Below, one piece after another: positions 1-12,141 of a stretch of 64,000 nucleotides of DNA (position 1 is the first letter of the stretch; each line of letters begins with the position of its first letter). Both the position numbers and the translations under genes were made by a program. The notes under the pieces are model-generated. The model ran no database searches. It worked only from the letters and a program-made list of their open reading frames with translations, and had not been told where the DNA came from. Origin of the DNA: Mobula hypostoma. Lineage: Eukaryota. The stretch covers positions 231,634,001-231,698,000 of the forward strand of contig NC_086097.1 of assembly GCF_963921235.1 (NCBI RefSeq). Direction: 5' to 3'.

Positions 1-193
1 ATCTATCTATGTCTTTGACCTTCATTCATTTTCTCACTTTTTTTGTCAGTTTTATATTCTACCCTATTTTCTAGTGTAGCTCTTGTGTAGCATTGTAATA
101 CTATCCTTATTCAGAACTGCTGTCCCACCCTAAATTTCATGAATACCCTTTCTGCAGAAATGATAAACAACCAGGCCAAATCAGGCCAAATCT

Positions 194-1628
194 ATCAGAA
201 TCAGGTTTATTATTACTGGCATGTGACGTGAAATTTGTTAACTTAGCAGCAGCAGTTCAATGCAAAACATAATCTAGCAGAGAGAGAAAAAAAAATAAAA
301 TAAAACATAATAAATAGTATTAGTGCGTGGCCAAGTGGTTAAGGCGTTGGTCTAGTGATCTGAAGGTCGCTAGTTCGAGCCTCAGCTGAGGCAGTATGTT
401 GTGTTCTTGAGCAAGTCACTTAACCACACATTGCTCTGCGACGACACCGGTGCCAAGCTGTATTGGCCCTAGTGCCCTTCCCTTGGACGACATCGGTGGC
501 GTGGAGAGGGGAGACTTGCAACATGGGCAACTGCCGGTCTTCCATACAACCTTGCCCAGGCCTGCGCCCTGGAAATCTTCCAAGGTGCAAATCCATGGTC
601 TCATGAGACTAACGGATGCCTAAAAATAATAAATAAACAAGTAAATCAATTGTGTATATTGAATAGATTTTAAAAATGTGCAGAAACAGAAATACTGTAT
701 ATTAAAAAAAGTGAGGTAGTGTCCAAAGCTTCAATGTCCATTTAGGAATCAGATGGCAGAGGGGAAGGAGCTGTTCTTGAATCGCTGAGTGTGTGCCTTC
801 AGGCTTCTGTACCTCCTATCTGATGGTAACAGTGAGAAAAGGGCATGCCCTGAGTGCTGGAGGTCCTTAATAATGGACGCTACCTTTCTAAGACACCACT
901 CCCTAAAGATGTCCTGGGTACTTTGTAGGCTAGTGCAAGATGAAGTTGACTAGATTTACAACCTTCTGCAGCTTCTTTCGGTCCTGTGTAGTAGCCCCTC
1001 CATACCGGACAGTGATACCGCCTGTCAGAATGCTCTCCACAGTACAACTATAGAAGTTCTTGAGTATATTTACTGACATGCCAAATCTCTTCAAACTCTG
1101 GATAAAGTATAGCCGCTGTCTTGCTTTCTTTATGACTATATTGGTATGTTGGGACCAGGTTAGATCCTCAGAGATCTTGACACCCAGGAACTTGAAGCTG
1201 CTCACTCTCTCCATTTCTGATCCCTCTATGAGGATTTGTATGTGTTCCTTCATCTTACCCTTCCTGAAGTCCACAATCAGCTCTTACATCTTACTGATGT
1301 TGAGTGCCAGGTTGTTGCTGCGACACTACTCCACTAGTTGGCATACCTCACTCCTGTACAACCTCTTGGCACCAGCTGAGGTTCTACCAACAATGGTTGT
1401 ACTGTCAGCAAATTTATAGATGGTACTTGAGCTATACATAGCCACACAGTCATGTGTAGAGCAGTGGGCTAAGCCCACACCTTGAGGTGCGCCAGTGTTG
1501 ATCGTCAGCGAGGAGGATATGTTATCACCAATCTGCACAGACTGTGGTCTTCTGATTAGGAAGTCGAGGATCCAATTGCAGAGGGAGGTACCGATGCCCA
1601 GGTTCTGCAACTTCTCAGGATTGTGGGA
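194..1628 (-). mobile_element. Rex1/Babar-clade LINE, 5'-truncated and decayed, interrupted by a SINE
   Basis: Minus ORFs 1326-1610 ([25 protein letters not shown]) and 930-1274 ([24 protein letters not shown]); (CTGATT)n-type tail at ~194-204. Confidence 0.9.
322..621 (+). mobile_element. tRNA-derived SINE with CORE-like segment and RTE-like 3' half
   Basis: A box TGGCCAAGTGG, B box GTTCGAGCC, CTTGAGCAAGTCACTTAACC CORE-like motif; candidate TSD ATAATAAATA at 307-316 and 626-635; second copy at 21744. Confidence 0.85.
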
Positions 1629-1855
1629 AGTAAAATTATTACATTAATATTATTGCATGAGAGAGTGGTGAAGGCAAAGGCTCTCAACATTTTAGAAAGT
1701 ATCTGGATGAGCACTTGAATCAAGGACATCAGAAGTTCTGGGGAGAAAGCTGGAGACTGGGGTTGAGAAGGTTAATAAATCAGCCATGATGGAATGGTGG
1801 AGCAGACTCAATGATCTAATTCTGCTCCTATGCCTCATGGTCTTATGATCTAGGT

Positions 1856-1934
1856 CAGGGGTCCCCAACCTTTTTTATGTCATGGCTGCCACCCTTAACC
1901 GAGAGGCCTGTGGACCCCAGGTTGGGAACCCCTG
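1856..1934. mobile_element. hAT (Charlie-like) MITE
   Basis: TIRs CAGGGGTCCCCAACC / GGTTGGGAACCCCTG; 8-bp flanks ATCTAGGT / GTCTAGAT resemble the NTCTAGAN target; related copy at 32222. Confidence 0.75.
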
Positions 1935-2251
1935 GTCTAGATACACGTGACTAGTGGAAGCAGATAGGACAGCAATGTTTGAGAGACGTAGGAATAGGAA
2001 AGGAATGGAAGGATAAGGACCATGTGCAGGCAGAGCTTCATGTTTGCAACAGTCATGGTGGCCCAGTTGCCTGTTCTTGTACTGCAGTGTTCCATGTTCA
2101 GTACGTTCTCTAACATACTGACGTAGGAACTCACCAGTCTTATCATGAAAGGTTAGATTTCTTGCAAAGTAGAAAGCAATGGATGAAGCAAGATGGTCTC
2201 TGTGAAGTTATGAAAGAACATTGGGAAGAGCACGGAGAGTCGATTCATTGC

Positions 2252-3545
2252 AGAGTAAGTTTTTGAGTGTATTTGTGGACATACCAAATCTCTTCAAACT
2301 CCTAATGAAGTATAGTCGCTGTCTTGCCTTCTTTATAACTGCATTGATATGTTTAGACCACCTGGATAACACAAACACCTACGTCAGGATGCTGTTCATC
2401 GACTATAGCTCAGCATTTAATACCATCATTCCCACAATCCTGATTGAGAAGTTGCAGAACCTGGGCCTCTGTACCTCCCTCTGCAATTGGATCCTCAACT
2501 TCCTAACCAGAGGACCACAATCTGTGCAGATTGGTGATAACATATCCTCCTCGCTGACAAACAACACTGGTGCACCTCAGGGGTGTGTGCTTAGCCTGCT
2601 GCTCTACTCTCTATATACATATAACTGTGTGGCTAGGCATAGCTCAAATACCATCTATAAATTTGTTGACAATACAACCATTGTTGGTAGAATTTCGGGT
2701 GGTGACGAGAGGGCGTACAGGAATGAGATATACCAACTAGTGGAATGGTGCCACAGCAACGACATGGCACTCAACGTCAGTAAGACGAAAGAGCTGATTG
2801 TGGACTTCAGGAAGGGTAAGACGAAGGAACACATACTAATCCTCCTAGAGGGATCAGAAGTGGAGAGAGTGAGCAGCTTCAAGTTCCTGGGTGTCAAGAT
2901 CTCTGAGGATCTAACCTGGTCCCAAAATATCGATGTAGTTATAAAGAAGGCAAGGCATTGACTATACTTTATTATATGTCAACAAATACACTGTAAAACT
3001 TCTGCAGTTGTACTGTGGAGAGCATTCTGACAGGCTGCATCACTGTCTGGTATGGAGGGGCTATTGCACAGGACCGAAAGAACCTGCAGGAGATTGTAAA
3101 TCTAGTCAGCTGCATCTTGGGTACTAGCCTACAAAGTACCCAGGACATCTTTAGGGAGCGGAGTCTCAGAAAGGCAGCATCCGTTATTCAGGACGTCCAG
3201 CACCCAGGGCATGCCCTTTTCTCACTGTTACCATCAGGAAGGAGATACAGAAGCCTGAAGGCACACACTCAGCAATTCAGGAACAGCTTCTTCCCCTCTG
3301 CCATCCAATTCCTGAATGGACATTGAACCTTTGGACACCACCTCACTTTTTTTAAAATATACAGTATTTCTGTTTTTGCATGTTTTTTAAAATCTATTCA
3401 ATATATGTGATTAATTTACTTGTTTACTTATTATTATTTTATTCATTATTATTTCTCTGCTAGATTATGTATTGCATTGAACTGCTGCTGCTAAGTTAAC
3501 AAATTTCATGTCACATGCCGGTGATAATAATCCTGATTCTGATTC
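2252..3545 (+). mobile_element. Rex1/Babar LINE (RT to 3' end) preceded by an inverted ~105-bp Rex1 fragment
   Basis: [62 protein letters not shown]; tail CTGATTCTGATT; 2252-2357 is antisense Rex1. Confidence 0.9.
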
Positions 3546-3675
3546 ATACCATCATGTTTGGACAATGGAGGCAGAAGGTATTAATGGTCCATGCTCCACG
3601 GGGAGCTGAGGGTCCAAGGAGAAGAAGAAGTGATCTTGGAGGGCTACAGAGCTGGAGGTCATTGCAGAGGTAAGG

Positions 3676-5065
3676 AATTGGTATTGGCACTGGTTTATTA
3701 ATGCCACGTGTACAGTGAAAAGCTTGTCTTTCAACTGCCTATGCAGATCTGATCATCACACAGTGCATTGAGGTAGAACAAGGTAAAACAATAACAATGC
3801 AGAATGAAGTGTAACAGTTACAGAGAAAGTGTAGAGTGTAGTGCAAGAAAACATCAGTGCAAGATTATAACGAGGTTGATTGTGAGGTCAAGAATTTATC
3901 TTATTGAACTAGAGAAAGATTTAATAGTTTTACAACAGTAAGATAAAGCTGTCCATGAGCTTGGTAGTGAGGCTTTTCTTCTCCGCGGATGGTCACCTTG
4001 TCACGGTGGAGAAGCTTGTGTGGTCCTGAGATCCCGAGAGCGATGCCGTCTGGTGCTATGCTCCTGGTAGGGTCACCCATGGCGGTAAGGTCGAGGGTGA
4101 GGTCCCTGACAAAGAACGATCCATCCAAGACCTCAACGGTGGAACAGGCGGACGAAGTTACTTCAAACTCAACGGCTGTGAAGGCGGATGAAGGCTACAA
4201 CAAATCCATCAGCTCCAGTCGTCGTGGTTTCCATGCCATTGGAATCAGTTGGTTGATTGGTGAAGTATCATGTTCTTCTTGGAATGCAACATCCAAGAAC
4301 AAATTAAACAAATACATGCACAGGTGTCTTCGCTCTGTGGGCCACTTCTTCAGACGAAGACCATCATCCTCGACCTCAAGCGATAGCCACGACGATGAGT
4401 GAGGCTTTTATATCCTCTGCCCTTTGGGAGGGCAGAGAAGAGATAGTATCTGGGCTGGGTGGGGTCTTTGATTATGCTGGCTGCTTTACTGAGGAAGTGA
4501 GAACTGTAGACAATGCCCATACAGGGGAGGTCGGTTTCCATGATGTGCTGAGCTGTTTCCACCACTCTGCAGTTTCTTGAAGTTATATGTAGAGCCGTTG
4601 CCATATCAAGCTGCCATGCAACCAGTTAGGATGGCTTTCTGAGGTGCAGTGATGAAAACTGATATGGGTTGATGGGTCATGCTAAATTTCTTTGGCCTCA
4701 AGAGGATGTAGAGGTGTGAGTAGGCTTTCTTGGCCATAGTGTCTATGTAGTTAGATCAGGACAGGCTTCTGGTGATGCTCACTCCTAGGAACTTGAAGCT
4801 TTCAACCGTCTCAATCTAAACACCATTGATATAGACAGGAGTATAGTCATAGTCATACTTTATTAATCCGGGGGGAAATTGGTTTTCATTACAGTTGCTC
4901 CATAAATAATAACTAGTAATAGAACCATAAATAGTTAAATAGTAATATGTAAATTATGAAATAAGTCCAGGACCAGGCTATTGGCTCAGGATGTCTGACC
5001 CTCCAAGGGAGGAGTTGTAAAGTTTGATAGTTGTATAGTTTGTAAAGAGCATGTACACCACCCCC
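3676..5065 (-). mobile_element. Old Rex1-type LINE 3' fragment hosting two younger insertions
   Basis: ORF 4350-4604 (KAASIIKDPTQP..LFSALP.GRGYKSL); interrupted by the 3978-4397 element and a (CTATGA)n-tailed Rex1 end at ~4843-5030. Confidence 0.7.
3978..4397 (+). mobile_element. Non-autonomous RTE-derived retroposon (RTE-like 5' UTR plus short tail)
   Basis: 12-bp TSD AGTGAGGCTTTT at 3966-3977 and 4398-4409; GTCACCTTGTCACGGTGGAG...CCTGGTAGGGTCACCCATGGCGGTAAGGTC start typical of fish RTE 5' ends; GACGATGA tail. Confidence 0.75.
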
Positions 5066-5099
5066 TTCCAAGGCAATCATCCTACCCTTGGAGGAGCTG

Positions 5100-6240
5100 C
5101 AAACAAAGATGAAAATGTCAAAAATTACCCGTCACCAGACTGGGATCTAGTGAAGCTGAGCAAGAATGGGAGTGCAAACGTTAATGGGGTTTTGTGACTT
5201 GTAAAAAGAGCCACAAAGTTTTGGAGGAAGTCCAGTAGGTGAAGGACGGAAGATTGAGACTCAGCAGGAGAACGAAATACTTTAAATCCAGAGGCAATAC
5301 CAGCATGAACAAACAGCATATGAGCTGAGGCAGAGGCAATGTCACGAAGGCGGAATTTGTCCGTCTTGTTGTTCGAGTATATACATTGCCAAATCTTATC
5401 CAGGGATCAAAGGTAACGTCAAGGATGCAAAGGGTTTCTGTTTAACTTTGCACAGTTGCAGAATGGAGATTGGAGATGGTGGAAATTTAAGTGAGTTTGT
5501 GTTGGGAGATAAATACAGTTGTTTTTTTTCCCTCTGTCTAGTTTTTACCTGGAGAAAATTTCTGCTCTTCCTACCCCGGTTATTGGATAAATAGTGTAAT
5601 AAATCAGAGAAATGGAAGGTGCTGAGTCATGTCTGCTTACAGGTGGAATCCTTTCTGCTTGCAAAATGGAAGGAGATTGTTGAGAAAAATGAGAGCCACC
5701 AGGTTTTAGTGCAATGTACCCAGAATATGAAGAGATGAAATAGAAACAAATGGAGTCAGCAAGCTCTGCAGAAAAATGGACACCCGTGCTGTGGCCAATT
5801 GTGTCAAAGACTATAGGCAGGTGAAGAAAGAGGAGAAAGAATATTTTATAATCACGGTCATACAGTAACTTTCCTGAGGTCCACTTCAGTAGAACAGCAC
5901 AGACAAAAACATGGCGGGAGAGATGCAGAGATAAAGTTCTGGAAAAAAAATGCTCTGAGCTCAAGGTCAACAATACATTTGCTTTGGCAGGAGAAGAGAG
6001 AGTGAAGATAAGGCCATGGCACACAGGGGGTTTATTTTAAGGAGGATTTAAAATGGAAGGAGAACAGTGATGAAGGCAAGAGGACTGAATGAGCATAGTA
6101 ATGGCACATAGGTGGTCATCAGTTTGCAGGAATTGAGCTAAGAGAGAGCAGGAGGTGAGTCTCTTGGACAAGCTGACTCCGGAATGGATATGATGGGTGA
6201 AAGTAGATGGAGCTAAGACCTTACTTGTTACAGCCTGCCA
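5100..6240 (-). mobile_element. Highly decayed L2-type LINE RT remnant
   Basis: ORF 5545-6024 contains AVLLK...LLFLHLPIVFDTIGH, resembling L2 TALLKV...LLLLDLSAAFDTVDH. Confidence 0.55.
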
Positions 6241-6254
6241 TAGAATTGCAATTT

Positions 6255-6920
6255 TGGCCACCACAGTAGTGTAGTGGGTAGTGTGACACTATTAAAGTTT
6301 GGGGCGTCAGTGATTGGAGTGTAATTCTGGCGCTGTATGTAAGGAATTTGTATGTTCTCACCATGAGACTGGGTTTTCCGGTTTCCTCCCACAGTCCAAA
6401 GACATACCAGTTAATTGGTCATTGTAATTTGTCCTGTCATTAGGCTAGAGCTAGTTAAATCAAAGGTTTCAAAGGTACATATAACGTCTGAGAAATGTAT
6501 ACAATATACATCCTGAAATGCTTTTACTTCGCAACATCCACGAAAACAGAGGAGTGGCCCCAAAGAATGAATGACAGTGAAATGTTAGAACCCCAAAGTC
6601 CCCCCCAGCTCCCCTCCCTCCCGCACGTAAGCGGCAGCAAGTAATGATCCCCCCACCCCCCACCGGCAAAAAAAAGCATTGGCACCCGCCACTGAGCACT
6701 CAAGTGTGAGCAAAGCAACAGCAAAGACACAGACCTGCAGTACTCCAAAGACTACTTGTTCACCCAGTATTCAACATACCACAGGCTCTCTCTCCCCCTA
6801 ATAAGGGAGAAAGAAATGTCTCCATTTCACAGCGAAATAGATGGATTGCTGGATGTTGGGCCAGAAGAGCCTCTTTGACACTGTATCTCTAAATAAAATT
6901 AAAAATAAATAAAATAAAAC
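6255..6920 (+). mobile_element. V-SINE (HE1-like), split by an insertion at ~6461-6835
   Basis: tRNA-like head, V domain TTTGTATGTTCTC...CCGGTTTCCTCCCACAGTCCAAAGAC, CR1-like tail CTGTATCTCTAAATAAA resuming after 6835. Confidence 0.75.
6461..6835 (-). mobile_element. 3' part of the recurrent non-coding retroposon family (see 42074)
   Basis: Terminal CAAAGGTACAT...TACATCCTGAAAT block shared with copies at 17935, 42074, 45345 and 51362. Confidence 0.6.
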
Positions 6921-7159
6921 TTACATAACCCAACTTTCCATTCCGACATCTATAGCAAGTTACCAATATTGTCATAGACTGTCAGAGAACATTCTAACCC
7001 TAAACCTTACCCCCAACCAATTACCAACCCACATCAACAAATTGCTTCTAATTATGAACATTCTCGTATATTGTTGAAATTTTATGTGCATTCCATAAAT
7101 TAATTCCATCAGTAGCAGCCACTGTTTTGGCACAGTATAAAATTTTGGAAAGTTGACCG

Positions 7160-7430
7160 CCCCGATCAGGGTGATGTGAGGCCAGGGGAGCAGTTGGTAG
7201 GTGGTCATATGAGCATCCGCTGCATATCACAAGTCCTGGATATGTGACCACTGATGCCAGGCAGACAATCTTTGAAGTGTATTGATAATGGTTGGGGTCA
7301 CCCGTCTTGTAAAGTCACTGTCCAGACGAAGGCAATGGCAAACACCCCTGTGGAAAAATTGGCCAAGAACAATCCTGGTTATGGGGATCGTGATCACCCA
7401 CATCATATGTCATGGCACAAAACGAATGAA
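7160..7430 (+). mobile_element. RTE-derived SINE with Bov-A-like 3' segment, partial
   Basis: GAAGGCAATGGCAAACACC...AAAAATTGGCCAAGAACAATC; homologous to 57851-58210. Confidence 0.65.
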
Positions 7431-7954
7431 CTATTTTGTTATTCCTATTTTCTCCTCATAGGTGGCGCTCTGATTTACTGCCATTCTACTCTCCCTTGCA
7501 TTTGCATAAGGTGTTTCACATAACTATCGCCTCAGTTGTTGGCATGGTTCCTTAAAACTCATGAATAAGTAATAGTAAACTCACGAAATAGTCACAGAAT
7601 TGAAGGAAGCCATTGGACCTATTCCATGCTTGTCGGCTCCCATCACTTCCATTTCACTCCAAATTATGTTGTCACAAGCATCCATTCATTTCTCTTTTGA
7701 AGATAATGAGCCTACAACCTTAACAGTCCGTGGGTTACAGATTTTCACTGTTCTGAGTAAAGAAGTTTTTGTAATATGTTCCTTGTACCGTGTGCCCCAG
7801 ATTTAGAGTCTGTGTCTCCTGTCCATTGTGGGAGCGGCCTCCCTCCAGTTACGTATCTAAACCAGTCATGACCTGTTGGTTCCTTTTCAGCATTTCATGC
7901 TCAAAGAATTCCACCTTCTTTGTCCTAACTTCAAAGTTGAAATGTTCCGTAGTC

Positions 7955-8465
7955 ATGGAGTGGCAGAAAATTACAGCACAGAGAGAAAGCCTCCAATCTG
8001 TACCATGCCAAACCATTCAAGCTGCCTCAGCCCATCGATCTGCACCCAGAACATAATACTCCATACCTCTCCCATCCATGTACCTAACCAAACTTCTCTT
8101 AAACATTGAAATCAAGCTTGCATGTGCTGGCAGCTTACTTCACACTCTCAAGACCCTCTAAGTGAAGAGGTTTTCCCTCATTAGCCCCTTAAACTTTTCA
8201 ACTTTCACCCTTAACCCATGACCTCTGGTTGTAGTCCCACCCAACCCCAGTCCTGCTGAAGGGTTTCGGCCTGAAACGTCGACTGTACTTTTTTCCATAG
8301 GTGCTGCCTGGCCTGCTGGGTTCCTCCAGCATTTAGTGTGTGTTGTCAGTGGAAAAAGCCTACCTGCATTTAACCTATCTGTACCCCTTATTATTTTGTA
8401 TAACTCCATCAAATTTCCCCTCAATCTTCTACGCTCCAAGGAATAAAGTCCTAAACTATTCAATC
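7955..8465 (-). mobile_element. CR1 LINE 3' fragment with a PLE end inserted at 8248-8346
   Basis: LGLYSLERRRLRGNLMELYKII...TRGHGLRV (ORF 8158-8463, chimeric with PLE antisense sequence). Confidence 0.8.
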
Positions 8466-9340
8466 TGCAACTTTTCCAGAGAGACTTTCTCTTTCAGGAG
8501 TCTGACACTCCACATGGGCTGTAGGCAAAATTTGAGTTTCTAGAATTCTCTGGGCACTGGAACACAGAAGGCTGCATTGCCCAATGGACACCATTTTGAT
8601 CACTACGAAGGAAGACTGGGACCTGGGGTTGATGGGAGAAAGGAAGGTGCAAAGAACTGCACTTAGCTTTACTGGCCAAGGAAGAGAGTCTAATTTTCAA
8701 CTGGATTCTGGATTATTGCTTCTGGAATCTGACTATCACCACCTCTCTCCATGCATAGCTAGCGTGGGAATGGGAATTTATTTCTCGGGTCTGAAAACTA
8801 GGAATCCTTTCTTGTCCCTGGCTTTTCCAGAGACACATGAGGAAAGGAAGGCCTGGGGGAGACAGATCACTCATTGAGGAGGTGACTCAATGGTAACCCT
8901 CAAACAGTTGCAAGACGTGTAGTAGATATGTTCAGGTTTCATGGGATTCAGGTAGCCCAAGCAGAAATCCATATAAAAATGACTCCCATTCCTGACTCAA
9001 TTCCATTCAGCCAATCAAATGAAAATAGATCTTAGCATCTGAAATTATCTGGGCTTCAATCTGAGTCTGATAAGATTTTATGGCCAGTCAAACTTTGCTC
9101 TAAGACTCCTCTGACTGAGATTTAAAAAAAGTGATAGTGATTAGCACTACCTCAACGTAAACTTCAAACAACCATTGCTTTCCTGGATTGAATTCCTCCA
9201 AATCATAGACTTTAGATCAGCTCTGTGAAATCTTATGCTACTGAGACAACTGTTGTGTATTGTAGAGTCATGTCTCCTACTCCATGTAGTAAAATATACC
9301 TAAAATATGCATGTAACATAAAAGAGAAAAATGAAACCAA

Positions 9341-9773
9341 TAGATGACATGAACATCAACTTCTCTAACTTCCGCTAAGGCCCCACCTCCCCCTCGTACC
9401 CCATCTGTTACTTATTTTTATGCACACATTCTTTCTCTCACTCTCCTTTTTCTCCCTCTGTCCCTCTGAATATACCTCTTGCCCATCCTCTGGTTCCCCC
9501 CGCCCCCTTGTCTTTCTTCCCGGACCTCCTGTCCCATGATCCTCTCGGATCCCCTTTTGCCTATCACCTGTCCAGCTCTTGGCTCCATCCCTCCCCCTCC
9601 TGTCTTCTCCTATTATTTTGGATCTCCCCCTCCCCCTCCCACTTTCAAAACCCTTACTCACTCTTCCTTCAGTTAGTCCTGACGAAGAGTCTCAGCCTGA
9701 AACGTCGACTGTACCTCTTCCAACAGATGCTGCTTGGCCTGCTGCGTTCACCAGCAACTTTGATGTGTGTTGC
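9341..9773 (+). mobile_element. Penelope-like element 3' end/pLTR with hammerhead motif
   Basis: DDMNINFSNF end of GIY-YIG ORF, pyrimidine-rich UTR, TAGTC-CTGACGA...GAAAC-GTC-GACTG at 9674-9711. Confidence 0.85.
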
Positions 9774-9936
9774 CAGAAATAAATTAAAGACTTAATTTCT
9801 ACTTTTATGTCATTCTTACCTAAATGACATACAATTGACATACACTTAGGACTGGAATCTACAGAATTAAATGTAAAAGTCAAAGTTCAGAGTCAAATTG
9901 CAACACGAATAGTTCAAAAATTATTTCATTACAAAT

Positions 9937-10581
9937 ACATAGAAACATAGAAAATAGGTGCAGGAGTAGGCCTTTCGGCCCTTTGAGCCTGCACCGCCAT
10001 TCAGTATGATCATGGCTGATCATCCAACTCAGAACCCTGTACCTGCCTTCTCTCCATACCCCCTGACCCCATTAGCCACAAGGGCCTTATCTAACTCCCT
10101 CTTAAATATCACCAGTGAACTGGCCTCAACTGTTTCCTGTGGCAGAGAATTCCACAGATTTACCACTCTCTGTGTGAAGAAGTTTCTCCTCAGCTCGGTC
10201 CTAAAAGGCTTCCCCTTTATCCTCAAACTGTGACCCCTCATTCTGGACTTCCCCAACATCGGGAACACTCTTCCTACATCTAGCCTGTCCAATCCCTTTA
10301 GAATTTTGTACGTTTCAATCAGGTCCCCCTTCAATCTTCTAAATTCCAGAGAGTATAAGCCTAGTCGATCCAGTCTTTCATCATATGAAAGTCCTGCCAT
10401 CCCAGGAATCAATCTGGTGAACCTTCTTTGTACTCCCTCTATGGCAAGAATGTCTTTTCTCAGATTAGGGGACCAAAACTGCACACGATACTCCAGGTGT
10501 GGTCTCACCAAGGCCTTGCACAACTGCAGTAGTACCTCCCTGCTCCTGTACTCGAATCCTCTTGCTATGAATGCCAGCATA
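9937..10581 (-). mobile_element. CR1 (HER1-like) LINE, young 5'-truncated copy
   Basis: ORF 10029-10580 LVRPHLEY..QFWSP, RGHSLRI, FFTQRVVNLWNSLP; (TTTCTATG)n tail. Confidence 0.95.
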
Positions 10582-10679
10582 ATTTAAAAAAAAATTGAAA
10601 TGAATATGAATTGCACATTATTATTTACAAGTTGCCTAACAAGCATTTAATGCTTGTTTCTGCTGGTAATTATAGGCAA

Positions 10680-11183
10680 TGACTGGCTGTGTCACTATCT
10701 GGTATAGGGGAGGGGGTGGGGACTACTGCACAAGATCAAAATAAGTTACAGAAACTTGTAAAACTAGTCAGCTCCATCATGCGTACCAGCCTCCGTAGTA
10801 TCCAGGACATCTTCAAGGGACAGTGCCTTAGGAAGTTGGCGTCCATCATTAAGGACCCCCACCACTGAGGACATGCCCTCTTCACGTTGCTACCATTAGG
10901 TAGGAGGTACAGAAGCCTGAAGGCACCACACTCAGTGATTCAGGAACATCTTCCCCTCTGCAATACAATTCCAAAATGGACATTGATCCCACGAACACTA
11001 CCTCTCTACTTCTTTACTTCTGTTATTTTTACACTATTTATTTTAAATTAACTATTTAATAGACATATATATACTTAATGTAACTCAGTCTTTTTCTCTA
11101 TATTTATGACTTATTTCATTGTACTGCTTGTTAACAAATTTCACGACATTCGCTGGAGATATTAAAGCCGATTCTGATTCTGA
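10680..11183 (+). mobile_element. Rex1/Babar LINE 3' fragment
   Basis: IIKDPHH.GHALF.LLP.GRRYRSLK; GATTCTGATTCTGA tail. Confidence 0.8.
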
Positions 11184-11394
11184 AATGTCTCAGGCCTGGT
11201 AGCACTTTGCTGACTTAAATCAGTGGAGTTGTTTATTTGGACTTTTTGCGTGCTTGGATGAGGTTTCCACTGTGGTCATGACAAAGTGGTAAAAGCAATT
11301 GCAAGAACCCTGAGACATTCCACACTCCATTTTTTGATACGTGCCTGGCCTTAACAAATCCTATTAATGTGGCCCTGCTGTATGTAATTACTTT

Positions 11395-11615
11395 TTATTT
11401 AGTTATTTAGAGATGCAGCATGGTGATAGGGCCTTCCAGTCCAATGACTCTGTGCCATCCAGTTACCAATTACTCTACTAATCTGCGGCGTGGGAGGAAA
11501 CCAGGGCACCCGGAGGAAACCATGCGATTGAGGGGAAAACGTACAACAGACGGTAGTGGAAATGAAGCCAGGTCACTGGTACTGTACCTCGTTCCCCTAC
11601 CGTACTGCCCCTCGC
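11395..11615 (-). mobile_element. V-SINE fragment
   Basis: GTGGGAGGAAACCAGGGCACCCGGAGGAAACC is the antisense V domain. Confidence 0.65.
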
Positions 11616-12141
11616 GTAGTCTGTTCTCCTGAAGCAGACCATCGTTAGGGACAGCAGCATCATTAAGCATTACCAAGAGAGTCACGTTTGATGATCCCAT
11701 AGAGCGTGGGTTAGCTCAGGGTGAGTATGCATTCTGGTTAGTCTTGCCTGAGAAGTTTATGTTTGGTCTGCCTGTCTGATTGGCACTTCGTTATTAGTTA
11801 ATGATCATGCTCGACTGTCACCGCAATTGCTTTGGCAGTGATGAATTTGTCTGAAGAGGGAAGAATGCAATCACCATATCTAAAACAAAGTTTATTTAAG
11901 GCTTTTACACCCAAGTTCCTAATTGTTTTCCAAATTTAAACACTGGTGTTGCCAACTAATAAAACATTCCCAGATACCACTTGTGATTGAGGGAGAATTA
12001 TTGGGAATGAGTAATTCCAGATGTTCTGCTGCAGACATTGTCCCTTGCAAACAACACAATTCAGGCGTTGTTAGTCCATCAGTCCTAGGTATCAGTCATG
12101 GCACAAATATCCTTGCCGACTCTTCCCTGAGTAACAATAAT

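Noticed and set aside
322..395. tRNA genes at SINE heads (also 21744, 37950, 6255)
   Set aside because: A and B boxes are present but there is no complete cloverleaf, and each continues into a SINE body.
2221..2961. 246-aa ORF as a real protein
   Set aside because: Chimera of antisense and sense Rex1 fragments with a TTG start and a degenerate catalytic motif (FVDN).
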